A stretch of DNA of 64,000 bases from Eledone cirrhosa (Eukaryota): the NCBI GenBank assembly GCA_964016885.1, contig OZ024740.1:127844001-127908000 (forward strand), read 5' to 3'. The notes beneath the pieces are model-generated. The model saw only the letters and a list, made by a program, of their open reading frames with translations. It was not told the origin of the DNA and did no database searches. Positions 1 through 11,329 of the stretch are shown here, one piece after another (the stretch's first letter is position 1; every line of letters starts with the position of its first letter). The position numbers and the translations under genes were made by a program.

Positions 1-592
1 TATCACATCCTTCCACCACTGATCTTCTTCCTCGTCTGTTTTTCTCCTTTCGCCTACCCCGATGCAGCCCACCGGACCTCTGTAGCCTCAGTACCCCCAC
101 CCCTGTAATTTTAAGATAAAATTGGCCGAATACGCTTTACTAACTACTTATAGCAGATGTGTTAGACCCCTTCAATTTTCTATCATTTTTGTTACTACTC
201 CATTTCTACAATTTTTTCGATTCTCAACTTATTAACCTGTAATTGTAAGATAGCATTGGTGGAATACGCTTTACTAACTATTTTTAGCAGCTGTGTTAGA
301 ACCCTGAAAAGTTTGCTTTATATTTTTCACTACCCACTTCTACATTTAGTACTTTCATTCTCAACTTATTAACCTTTTCTATAGCTTTGGCCGTACAAGC
401 AACACCTACTAATCATAGCAGCTGTTTCTAGACCCTACTGTTTTTATTTATTCATTTCTCACTATCTAATTTTATATAATTTTTTATATTTCTTTCTATT
501 ATTTTTTATTGTCTCCTACTCTCATTCGAATTACCTATTCTATAACTTCTCGCCTCCATTTTCTCTAGAACAATTTATCGAATTTTCATACA

Positions 593-694
593 CCGAGGTT
601 AACTTTGCCTTTCATCCTTACGGGGTCGATAAAATAAAGTACCAGTAATACACTGGGAAATTGCTGGCCTTGTGCCAAAAGTAGAAACAATTAT
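593..694 (+). mobile_element. 3' half of tRNA-derived SINE
   Basis: ccgaggttaactttgcctttcatccttacggggtcgataaaataaagtaccagt...gtagaaacaattat, matching the full copy at 21023. Confidence 0.85.
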
Positions 695-877
695 CCTTAG
701 AATCTGTTGTATACATATCACTTTCAACGCTTGACCGGCTCCACTCACTCCCTCATTGTACTACAGGCAAGTTAAGCCACCCCTACCTCCCACCAAATGC
801 CATGATAGACTGATTTGTGTTTACAACAAATTTTGAGCAATCCTCTTGACAACTACAATCTTCCCATATAAGGAAGT

Positions 878-973
878 ACCCCTTGACAAGTTCGGCGATT
901 TTTTCACCAGGCTAAACATTCTAATTTAGTCTAGAAATAGCCGTCGAAACGGCTTGAGCTCTGCCGTCGGGTT
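878..973 (+). ncRNA. Type I hammerhead ribozyme motif, U3-A8 core variant
   Basis: ccc-TTGACAA-(long helix II)-GAAA-cggc ttgagctct gccg-TC-ggg; predicted cleavage after C968. Confidence 0.65.
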
Positions 974-2257
974 CATGCTTTTTCCTACATATATATATAT
1001 ATATATAGGGGGGGGGGCTGTGTGTGTGAAAATAGCTTCAGAAATTTAGAAAAATAATCTTAAGGGACAAAAAGTGGTTAGCAGCCACTTCACAGTCTTT
1101 AACTCCGCATCACATGATTTCTAGCTAAGTCTATTGCTGTCACGCCACAAGCCAGCTAGGAACAGTTTCTGTCCAAATTAGGAACGATATATATTATCTA
1201 TTCGTTTAACGCTGGAAGAAAGCAAATCTTTCGATCGATTTAGGTAATTGGATGATTTAAAATTTAAATCCAAGCACAGAATAACTATAAATGAAACTCC
1301 CGTAAAATACCCTTAGGAACAAATTATGTTGTCATATTTCATTTGATTTAATCGTAAGGACTTTGTCCGGTATTCAAGATATACGGAGTTTGATTCAAAA
1401 GCAAGTGGTAAAATATATGAATGAGCTTTCTAAAGGTGGTCTAGATGTACAGCACATTAGCTACTTTTGCCTAAATACCTAGTCAGTCATCCACGTGCAA
1501 CTGGTACCTTGTAATCTGGTACAACAAGCTTCATGATTGGGTGGGTGGCGATAAACTTGCTCCTCCTCCAGACCTAATCTTGTGATGAAGGTACGTGGAA
1601 ATCCAACACCATAAAAATGAGCTGTTGCAGCACCATAATAATGAGCTGTTAAATGGCGGATAAACTCGCCAGTGCCAATGGGTCTCTATCCACATATGGT
1701 TTAAATAGTCTTATCCGTCCACATATGCCCATGCCTGGTGAGTAAAGCGACATTTCTTACATACCTAAAACCTAACAAAAAGGTCGACAAGTGAAGGATT
1801 CCTCCACAGGAGTGAGAAATCCTTGGATTGAATTGGATTAACATAGTTGGTATGGGTTGTCTGCGTTCAATTCCTCTCTATTTTACTGCAAATACACTTT
1901 AACTATTCTATCCAAAGGAACTTACAGAGATGTTCCGCCAAGCAGATCCATCAAGCTCGAAATATCTCAGCTGTAAGCCTTTTAAGACCAACATGACCCA
2001 ATAATTAAGGCATAGTCTGTACATGTCTTCAACAATTGATATAGCATGGTTTCAATCCCTTGTTTATTGTTCTTGATATGAAAACATTTCTCTTCAAATT
2101 GGATGATATCGAATGATGTAAATGTTTTCAGCTTGCCATATTTATCATGTGTTACTCTAATATACATATATATTTACATGACTAAATATTACAAATGTTT
2201 ATATCCAAATACACATTGGGGCAGCCATGATTATCCACTCAGTATGTATACAGATAC

Positions 2258-2294
<37 letters not shown>

Positions 2295-2318
2295 GAAAAA
2301 TTAGTGTAAAATGAGGTA

Positions 2319-2408
2319 TCCTCTTGATAAGTCGGCAGACCTCGCAAGGACTCTTTATCTTTATGATGTATTGTTTTTGTTTATGCCACGAAACTACGTA
2401 GTCGAGGA
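2319..2408 (+). ncRNA. Type I hammerhead ribozyme (U3-A8 core, extended helix II, palindromic helix III)
   Basis: tcctc-TTGATAA-gtcggca...tgccac-GAAA-ctacgtag-TC-gagga; helix I tcctc/gagga, helix II gt(c)ggca/tgccac; cleavage after C2403. Confidence 0.8.
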
Positions 2409-2911
2409 ATCTAGGAGCAGTTTAGGTATGATACATTTTATTACTAATTATATCTAAATGTTTCTTCTATCTTCATAATGTATTTTTAACTCTGATACTG
2501 GTTCAGTCTAGTTCAACCGGATTGGTCTGTCCCAGTCATTCATTGAGCAACATCGGTGAAGTTGGCACCCTTAACTCATGGTTGGGTGCGGATGCATTCA
2601 TGTATATGTGTGTGTCCGCATGTATCTGTGTGTTTCTAAATATATTGTTAATAACTCCCTCTGGTCGAGCAATCTTTGAAGTGTGGGGACTGCTGGAAAG
2701 CTTCCATTACTCATACTTCTCTCTCCCTTCACCACCTCTTCTACGGCTTCGATATAAATACCCCCTCCGCCTCCGTGGTATTTTCTTCGGGGTTATAAGA
2801 GGCTTAGCTCTGTTTCTCGACCGTTATATCGCGTGACTATCTCCACCTTCGCCATTTGGGATTCTTTCTCACGTCGTGTAGACGCGTTCTTGAGACTAGT
2901 AAAATGAGGTA

Positions 2912-3001
2912 TCCTCTTGATAAGTCGGCAGACCTCGCAAGGACTCTATATCTTTATGATGTATTGTTTTTGTTTATGTCACGAAACTACGTAGTCAAGG
3001 A
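2912..3001 (+). ncRNA. Second HHR copy of the 593-nt unit (helix I mismatch next to cleavage site)
   Basis: tcctc-TTGATAA...GAAA-ctacgtag-TC-aagga; C17 at 2996. Confidence 0.7.
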
Positions 3002-3070
3002 ATCTAGGAGCAGTTTAGGTATGATACATTTTATTACTAATTATATCTAAATGTTTCTTCTCTCTTCATA

Positions 3071-3518
<448 letters not shown>

Positions 3519-3570
3519 AATATATATATTATATATATATATATGTATATATATATGTATATATATATAT

Positions 3571-3810
3571 ATAACGGAGGAAATGTGGTAGGGAACCAGG
3601 TGGACCATAACGCACCAAAGTTCTCAATACTTAGGGTAGTAGAGTGGCTAATAGGAACGAGTAGGTCCCCGACGGCTGAGCTCAAGCCGTTTCGACGGCT
3701 AATTCTGGACTAAATGAACATTTTTATCCTGGTATTTGAATAGCCGAGCTTCTCAAGGGGTAATTCCATATATGGTCAAAGTGATTGTCGCAAGGATTGG
3801 TCAACAGTTT
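3571..3810 (-). mobile_element. Inverted pseudo-LTR segment at the 5' end of the Naiad-like insertion
   Basis: Reverse complement of ~5237-5476; joined to the sense copy via short filler ataagc; typical PLE 5' inversion. Confidence 0.9.
3667..3760 (-). ncRNA. Type I HHR, U3-A8 core
   Basis: Reverse complement reads cccc-TTGAGAA-gctcggctattc...gaattagccgtc-GAAA-cggct tgagctc agccg-TC-gggg. Confidence 0.8.
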
Positions 3811-3817
3811 ATAAGCT

Positions 3818-4213
3818 GTGATCTACCAGTGCAACGTGAGGACGGACACCTCCAACAAAGCTTATATAGGATTAACCGCATGTGACTTCAAGACCCGGCT
3901 ATACCAACTCAGACATACCTTCCGAAACACGGCCCGGCGTAACGCCACTACACTTTCGGGCCACATATGGGACCTCAAGGATAGCAACATTACCTATGAT
4001 CTCACTTGGAGATTACTGTCAAGAGCCAACTCTTACACGGGAGGACGCCGTCCGTGCAATTTATGCTCGGAGGAAACTTTACAAATGCTGTTTTCGACGG
4101 ACCAACTCCTAAACAAGAAAGATGAACTGGTTACTGCATGTAAACACAGATTGCGTAGGACATACCTCGCCCTCAAACCCCATAATGACCCGGGGGGTAG
4201 ACTAGGGCTATAA
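3818..4213 (+). pseudogene. 5'-truncated GIY-YIG endonuclease end of the upstream tandem unit
   Basis: VIYQC..AYIGLT..FKTR..CNLC..LLNKK..CKH, ~96% identical to 7337-7741. Confidence 0.9.
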
Positions 4214-5285
4214 CACCCCACTTGCCGATTTTGAAATGGGTAAGCCCTGCTTGCTAAGGTAGACGTAAGATCTTCTTTTATATCTTTTTATCGCTTCCTC
4301 TATATTTTCTTCTTCCCCCCATCCCTCCCAAGTCCTTCCACCCCAGTTCTCTTTCTTTGTCGTCGTCTTTTTCTCGCCCACCCGAGGCAGCCCCTCGGCC
4401 CTTTGTAGCCTCAGTACCCCCACCTCCTTCCCCTATTCTATGATAGATTTGGCCGACTCCGCTTTTTATAGCAGATGTGATAGACCCCGGATACTTGCCC
4501 TCCTATCCGACAGCTGCCCTTTTCCGTGCTTTCTATATTTCTTAGTGGTATCTTTGCTTTAATTTCTCGTTTATCAGTATTTTTTTTTTTTTATTCTGAA
4601 TTAATCTTCCGTATCAAATTTTTACATTTACTTCGTACGTGCTTGTATATAGCTTGCACTAGAACTTTTGTATCGTGGTGGCACCCTTAGAGATAGTATT
4701 ATTATTTTTTTCGGGACTCTGATTTATTATTTCGTATTAGTTTACTTTTTGCACTGGGTGGTTGCTGGCCTTGTGCCTGGGGTAGAAACCTTTATTTATT
4801 ATTTCGTGGTAGTTTCTTTAGTATTTTGGCCCCTTACTTGTTGAACCGTCACCGTAAGATATACTCGGTTTATTACTTATACCTCTTAAAAGGGTCTCAT
4901 TATAATTCCGTCCCACCTAGTATATTTTTTTAGCCCAGCAGTACCTGTGAGAGACTTAGGTCGTAGTAACCAGAATTTTTTTTTTTTTTACATTTAATTG
5001 CTTTTTAACACTCAGTATTTTTCTATATATTTACCCCTTATTGTTCTACTAATTGTTTCGACTTCCTCCCCCTCCCCCTCCCTAGTATCTTCTTTGACCT
5101 CATGCCCAGCTGTAGTCGGCACTATCAACGCATGAATGGGTCTCCACCACCCCCTCTCCCTCTTTCCACTACTGGCAGGTTTAGCTACCCCTTCCCTCCA
5201 CAAATTGCCATCATAGATTTATTAAGTCTCAACAACAAACTTTTGACCAATCCTTGTGACAATCACTTTGACCATATATGGAATT

Positions 5286-5381
5286 ACCCCTTGAGAAGCT
5301 CGGATATTCAAATACCAGGATAAAAATTTTCATTTAGTCCAGAATTAGCCGTCGAAACGGCTTGAGCTCAGCCGTCGGGGT
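5286..5381 (+). ncRNA. Type I HHR, U3-A8 core, 190 nt upstream of the RT start codon
   Basis: acccc-TTGAGAA-...-GAAA-cggct tgagctc agccg-TC-ggggt; cleavage after C5376. Confidence 0.8.
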
Positions 5382-5566
5382 CCTACTCGTTCCTATTACC
5401 CATTCTACTACCCTAAATATTGAGTACTTCGGTGCGTTATGGTCCACCTGGTTCCTTACCACATTTCATCCGTTATCTAGCTCCTATTCCCGTAGTAGAG
5501 CACTTTCCGACCCTACCACGCCGTATCCAGACTTTTCCGCTAAGCTCAAGTTCTTTCACCCGCACC

Positions 5567-7741
5567 ATGCGAAAACACAACATCGACTTCTCTACCAAGA
5601 ACATCCCAGTCCCACCGAAAAAACTTAACCTTCGGATGCTCATGCAAAAAATCGATCTATTTGCGAAACGACTTAGATGGAGAACTTTTTTCTACGACAG
5701 ATATTGCTACAATCAGGACTTCGGTACCAAGGAGAGATTCGGATTTATTACCTACAAATCTCCCCCTCCGAACCCTATGCTCTCACCCTTCGAGAATGAC
5801 CTTTTCCAACTGGTCAAGAACATTAAATTCAAACCCAGACACAACCGATTCCTACAAAAACTCCGTAGCAACTTAACAGTGTATGATAACCCCAATGATA
5901 TCATGGTGAACTCGGATAAAACTGGGAACCTCTACTTTGTCAACCCCGACAGATACCACACACTGATCAGGAGCAGCCTAAACTCCACCTATAAAAAGGC
6001 TAACCACTCATGCATCGAGGACATAAATCGAGATGGACAACAAATTATCTCCAGCCTCGGGATCGCCGACCGCACGGAACCCCTAGACCCACGGACACCC
6101 TACTTCACACTGAAGGACCACAAATCCGATTTCGACCGTAAACCTTCTATCAGGCTTATAAACCCAACGAAGTCCGACATAAGGAGAATCAGCAAACAAA
6201 TCCTAGACCGGGTGATGCCAAAAGTTAAGCAATACACCCGACTTAGCCTATGGGTCAACACCCAGGAAGTAATCTCATGGTTCAGCAATATGGAGGAAAA
6301 ACGAGACACTAAATTCATCCAGTTTGACATAGAGAGTTACTATGCTTCAATCACCTTACCGCTACTTACGGCTGCCATGGACTTCGTCGAAGCACTTGTG
6401 CACATCACCGACCAGGAAAGAAACATCATCCTCAACGCCCGGAAGACTGTCTTACTCTTCGACACGTCCAAATGGATAAAAAGAGCTCCCGACTCACCCT
6501 TCGACGTCAGCATGGGCGCGACGGATTCGGCTGAGGTCACAGATCTTATAGGATTATTCCTAATAGCCATACTCACCGATATGTTTCCTGCATTCGGCGG
6601 TGGATTGTACCGTGATGATGGGATCCTTACCATTAAAGGGTACAACCCCAGTAGTACAGATCGGGTCCGTAAACAATTAATCAGCTTCTTCTGCGACTGG
6701 GGATTTAAAATAACCCTACAAACGTCCCTGACCCGAGTAAACTTCCTGGACGTTACCTTCGACCTCGATAATGATCTGTACTACCCATACAGGAAACCTA
6801 ACGACAACGTGCACTACATCTACCGCCGGTCAAACCATCCTAGGAACATCACCAATAACCTGGTTAAAAACATCTCCCCCCGCATATCCCGTTTGTCAGC
6901 TAATGAGCAGATATTCGATCAACATGCGACTTATTACAATCAGGCCGTCAAGCGGAGTGGTTTCCGGGAGGAAATATCATACTGCCCAGCTTCCATTAGC
7001 GGAACCAGCAAGCGAGACCACCGCTCACGCAATGTAACGTGGTTCAATCCTCCCCACAACGCCGAGGTGACAACTCCTATCGGGAAAATCTTCTTTAGGC
7101 TCATTGAAAAACACTTCCCACTACAACACCGCTACCACAACATAATTAACAAAAATACCATCAAACTCTCTTACAGCACTACACCAAACTTTGCACAAAA
7201 CATCGTCTCCTCTAACAACAAAAAACTCAACCCCTATGGAAGAAATAACCTAAATAGCAGTGGAGAGCCGACCAGGAGGTGCAACTGTCCTGATGGATCC
7301 ATTTGCCCCCTCGACAACAGATGCAGAGATTGTAATGTGATCTACCAGTGCAACGTAAGGACGGACACCTCCAACAAAGCTTATATAGGATTAACCGCAT
7401 GTGACTTCAAGACCCGGCTATACCAACACAGACATACCTTCCGTTACCTGGCCCGGCGTCACGCCACCACACTTTCGGGCCAAATATGGGACCTCAAGGA
7501 TAACAACATTACCTATGATCTCACTTGGAGATTACTGTCCAGAGCCAACTCTTACACGGGAGGACGCCGTCCGTGCAATTTATGCTCGGAGGAAACCTTA
7601 CAAATGCTGTTTTCGACGGACCAACTCCTAAACAAGAAAGATGAACTGGTTACTGCATGTAAACACAGGTTGCGTAGGACTTACCTCGCCCTCAAACCCC
7701 ATAATGACCCGGGGGGGGGGGGGGATAGACTAGAGCTATAA
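5567..7741 (+). CDS. PLE reverse transcriptase + C-terminal GIY-YIG endonuclease (Naiad-like), ~724 aa
   Basis: Uninterrupted ORF from first ATG (accATG); RT motifs FDIESYY, MGA..SAEV.DL.G, YRDD, FLDV; CNCx5CPx4C linker; VIY..YIG, CNLC, CKH. N-terminus FSTKNIP..KRLRW resembles the Naiad clade. Confidence 0.92.
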   Translation: MRKHNIDFSTKNIPVPPKKLNLRMLMQKIDLFAKRLRWRTFFYDRYCYNQDFGTKERFGFITYKSPPPNPMLSPFENDLFQLVKNIKFKPRHNRFLQKLRSNLTVYDNPNDIMVNSDKTGNLYFVNPDRYHTLIRSSLNSTYKKANHSCIEDINRDGQQIISSLGIADRTEPLDPRTPYFTLKDHKSDFDRKPSIRLINPTKSDIRRISKQILDRVMPKVKQYTRLSLWVNTQEVISWFSNMEEKRDTKFIQFDIESYYASITLPLLTAAMDFVEALVHITDQERNIILNARKTVLLFDTSKWIKRAPDSPFDVSMGATDSAEVTDLIGLFLIAILTDMFPAFGGGLYRDDGILTIKGYNPSSTDRVRKQLISFFCDWGFKITLQTSLTRVNFLDVTFDLDNDLYYPYRKPNDNVHYIYRRSNHPRNITNNLVKNISPRISRLSANEQIFDQHATYYNQAVKRSGFREEISYCPASISGTSKRDHRSRNVTWFNPPHNAEVTTPIGKIFFRLIEKHFPLQHRYHNIINKNTIKLSYSTTPNFAQNIVSSNNKKLNPYGRNNLNSSGEPTRRCNCPDGSICPLDNRCRDCNVIYQCNVRTDTSNKAYIGLTACDFKTRLYQHRHTFRYLARRHATTLSGQIWDLKDNNITYDLTWRLLSRANSYTGGRRPCNLCSEETLQMLFSTDQLLNKKDELVTACKHRLRRTYLALKPHNDPGGGGDRLEL

Positions 7742-8818
7742 CACCCCACTTGCCGATTTTGTAATGGGTAACCCATGCTTGCTAAGGCAGACGTAAGATC
7801 ATTTATATCTTTTTATCGCTTCCTCTATATTTTCTTTCCCCCCGTCCCTCCCAAGTCCTTCCACCCCAGTTCTCTTTCTTTGTCGTCGTCTTTTTCTCGC
7901 CCACGCGAGGCAGCCCCTCGGTCCTTTGTAGCCTCAGTACCCGCAACTCCTTCCCCTATTCTATGATAGATTTAGCCGACTCCGCTTTTTATAGCAGATG
8001 TGTTAGACCCCGGATACTTGCCCTCCTATCCGACCGCTGCCCCTTTTCCTTGGTTTCTATATTTCTTAGTGGTATCTTTGCTTTAATTTCTCGTTTATCA
8101 GTATTTTTTTTTGGGGGGGGGGATTCTGAATTAATTCTCCGTATCAAATTTTTACATTTACTTCGTACGGGCTTTTATGTAGCTTCACTAGAACTTTTGT
8201 ATCGTGGCGGCACCCTTAGAGATAGTATTAGTATTCTTTTTCGGAACTCTGAATTATTATTTCGTATTAGTTTACTTTTTTGCACTGGGTGGTTGCTGGC
8301 CTTGTGGCTGGGGTAGAAACCTTTATTTATTATTTCGTGGTAGTTTCTTTAGTATTTTGGCCCCTTACTTGTTGACCCGTCACCGTAAGATATAATCGGT
8401 TTATTACTTATACCTCTTAAAAGGGTCTCATTATAATTCCGTCACCTAGTATATTTGTTTAGCCCAGCAGTACCTGTGAGAGACTTAGGTCGTAGTAAAC
8501 AGAAATTGTTTTTTTTTTTACAATTAATTGCTTTTTAACACTCTCAGTAATTTTCTATATATTTACCCCTTTTTGTTCTACTTATTGTTTCGACTTCCTC
8601 CCCCTCCCCCATCCCTAGTATCTTCTTTGACCTCATGCCCAGCTGTAGTCGGCACTATCAACGCATGAATGGGTCTCCTCCACCCCCGCTCCCTCTTTCT
8701 CCTAATGGCAGGTTTATCTACCCCTTCCCTCCTCAAATTGTCATCATAGAATTATTATGTCTCAACAACAAATTTTTTACCAATCCTTGTGACAATCACT
8801 TTGACCATATATGGAATT

Positions 8819-8914
8819 ACCCCTTGAGACGCTCGCCTATTCAAATACCAGGATAAAAATGTTCATTTAGTCCAGAATTAGCCGTCGAAACGGCTTGAGC
8901 TTAGCCGTCGGGGT
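8819..8914 (+). ncRNA. Type I HHR copy with A9C core change (TTGAGAC), probably impaired
   Basis: Same fold as 5286-5381; C17 at 8909. Confidence 0.7.
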
Positions 8915-8950
8915 CCTACTCGTTCCTATATACATATATATATATATAAT

Positions 8951-9066
<116 letters not shown>

Positions 9067-9086
9067 TTATTAAAATAACAGATTAT

Positions 9087-9137
9087 AGTTTAAGCAAAGA
9101 ATCGCTGCTTTCACCCTTAACGGGATCTTCTGAAACT
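9087..9137 (-). ncRNA. HHR-like motif with CAGAAGA (U4A) core
   Basis: Reverse complement reads agttt-CAGAAGA-tcccgttaagggt-GAAA-gca gcgattctt tgc-TT-aaact. Confidence 0.6.
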
Positions 9138-10295
9138 AACAAAGTCAATCTGTGAACGCAGAAGTGAATATTTCAAAAGACGATGCAACCGGAGGAAGAC
9201 AGGAAGACGATACTTTGGTTCGTGGAAACGTTCCCTGGCAAAGAAAGGGAAAAAACGAATATAATACGTCATTATTTGGAGCGGGGAAAAACAATTACAT
9301 GCAAAGACAAAACCACGTTTATGGTATAAATGAAGTCGTAGACTAATATTCTATTAGGTGGTTCATAGAAATATTCTGGTACATATGCTTTTAGTTATGT
9401 GTATACTTGAGTTTTGCGTCTATGTGAGTATGCGGGTTCGTACATATGTAGGGTGTGTTTATATGTGTACTTCGTGTTTTGGTTGACGTCGCCTCCCAAC
9501 ATATGTGTATTTACATGTAGGTATGTGTGTCCGCTTGTTATATACGTACTTATTTATTTATATACGTTTATTTAATTATTTGTATACACGCATACACACA
9601 CACACATATTTATATATGCGTGTATTTGTTTACCTATGGCGAGTGTTTTCGCGTATGCTTGTACGTATCCGAACATATGTGTATTTACATGTAGGTATGA
9701 GTGTGCGCTTGTTATATACGTATTTATTTATATACGTTTATTTAATTATTTGTATACACGCACACACACACACACACACATATTTATATGTGCGTGTATT
9801 TGTATACCTATGGCGAGTGTTTTCGCGTATGCTTGTGTATGTGCGTATATGGATGCGTGTATGTATTTATTTAATTTCAATTGCCTCTGTATTTACTTTA
9901 TTCTTAACTACGAAGCCGAGAATCATTCGGTTTCCTAATTAGAATTTTAGTCTACGACTTCAGTTATACCATTTACGTGGTTTTGTCTTTGCGTGCAAAT
10001 GTTCTCCACGAACCACATATGACGTATTATCTTCGTTTTTTTCGTTCATTGCCAGAGATCGTCTCTATGAACCACCTAATAGAATATTAGTCTACGACTT
10101 CTTTTATACCATAAACGTGGTTTTGTTTTTGCGTGTAATTGTTTTTTCACCGCTCCAAATAATGACGTATATATTCGTTTTTTCCCGTTCTTTGCCAGGG
10201 AACGTTTCCACGAACCAAAATATCGTCTTGCTGTCTTCCTCCGGTTGCAAAGTTTTTTGAAATATTCACTTCTGCGTTAACAGATTGACTTTGTT

Positions 10296-10346
10296 AGTTT
10301 CAGAAGATCCCGTTAAGGGTGAAAGCAGCGATTCTTTGCTTAAACT
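10296..10346 (+). ncRNA. HHR-like motif with CAGAAGA (U4A) core
   Basis: agttt-CAGAAGA-t ccc gttaa ggg t-GAAA-gca(9 nt)tgc-TT-aaact; all three helices pair. Confidence 0.6.
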
Positions 10347-10471
10347 TTAATCTGTTATCTTAATAAATATTTGCTCTACGGTTCTTATATATTCGATATA
10401 TATTTATCCTTATCAAGCCCTCTTTGGATGTTAGCCTTCACATTTATTATTACTACTATATGTATAATTAT

Positions 10472-10579
<108 letters not shown>

Positions 10580-10600
10580 GTATATATATAAATATATATA

Positions 10601-10675
<75 letters not shown>

Positions 10676-10997
10676 TATATATATATATTATGTATAAAAC
10701 TATGGATTATATACAAGTTATATATATTGTGTATAAAACTATGGATTATATACAAGATTCTATATAATCTGGAAATTATTTATGCCAAATTGTAGAAATC
10801 TTATAACGAAACGGCCGTCTGGAAGGAAAGAGATATTTATTTAATAATATCTCATATAAAATAATACAACCAGCTATCCACGAAATACTGATTAGTTAGC
10901 ACCCCAAACACTAAATTGGGAAAATACTTAGGTATTTCCTAATGTTTGTTGAGTGAGATGCAGATGGTCAGAGTATCGCTTAAGGCTTTCTCTGTTA

Positions 10998-11093
<96 letters not shown>

Positions 11094-11143
11094 GAGAGAG
11101 ATTATATATATATATATATATAGATATATATATATATATTATA

Positions 11144-11177
<34 letters not shown>

Positions 11178-11259
11178 ACTGTTGCGTAACCACTTCTACC
11201 TAACTCGTCCCATGGACTGGGTGCTCTATCCCTACGGATAATACTTTCCAATGTGCTAC

Positions 11260-11325
<66 letters not shown>

Positions 11326-11329
<4 letters not shown>

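Larger units (their letters stand above)
1..986 (+). mobile_element. Diverged 3'UTR/pseudo-LTR remnant of a PLE related to the Naiad-like element at 3817-8927
   Basis: Shares motifs with 4320-5395 (tgtagcctcagtacccc; atagcagatgtgttagacccc; tttagtc..gaa.tagccgtcgaaacggcttgagctc) and ends in (TA)n about 18 nt after an HHR. Confidence 0.75.
2303..3075 (+). mobile_element. Non-coding retrozyme-like / PLE pseudo-LTR tandem: ~175-bp direct repeats each holding an HHR, 593-nt period, inside (TA)n
   Basis: Repeats ~2306-2482 and ~2899-3075 are near-identical; no RT ORF; (TA)n on both flanks. Confidence 0.7.
3817..8927 (+). mobile_element. Penelope-like retroelement (Naiad-like), partial tandem of ~1.45 units, unit length 3533 nt
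   Basis: 3818-5395 is repeated at 7337-8927; complete RT+GIY-YIG ORF between HHRs at 5286 and 8819; inserted in (TA)n. Confidence 0.92.

Noticed and set aside
1760-2250. Minus-strand LINE RT remnant (GLTAEIFRA)
   Set aside because: Only one short motif recognised; too decayed to classify
5420-5566. ORF-track start at 5420
   Set aside because: It is a TTG start; the first ATG in good context is at 5567, where recognisable PLE homology begins
5567-8000. Selenoprotein-type Naiad (in-frame UGA plus SECIS), as reported for some Naiads
   Set aside because: The ORF has no in-frame UGA, conserved positions are ordinary Cys, and no convincing SECIS was seen
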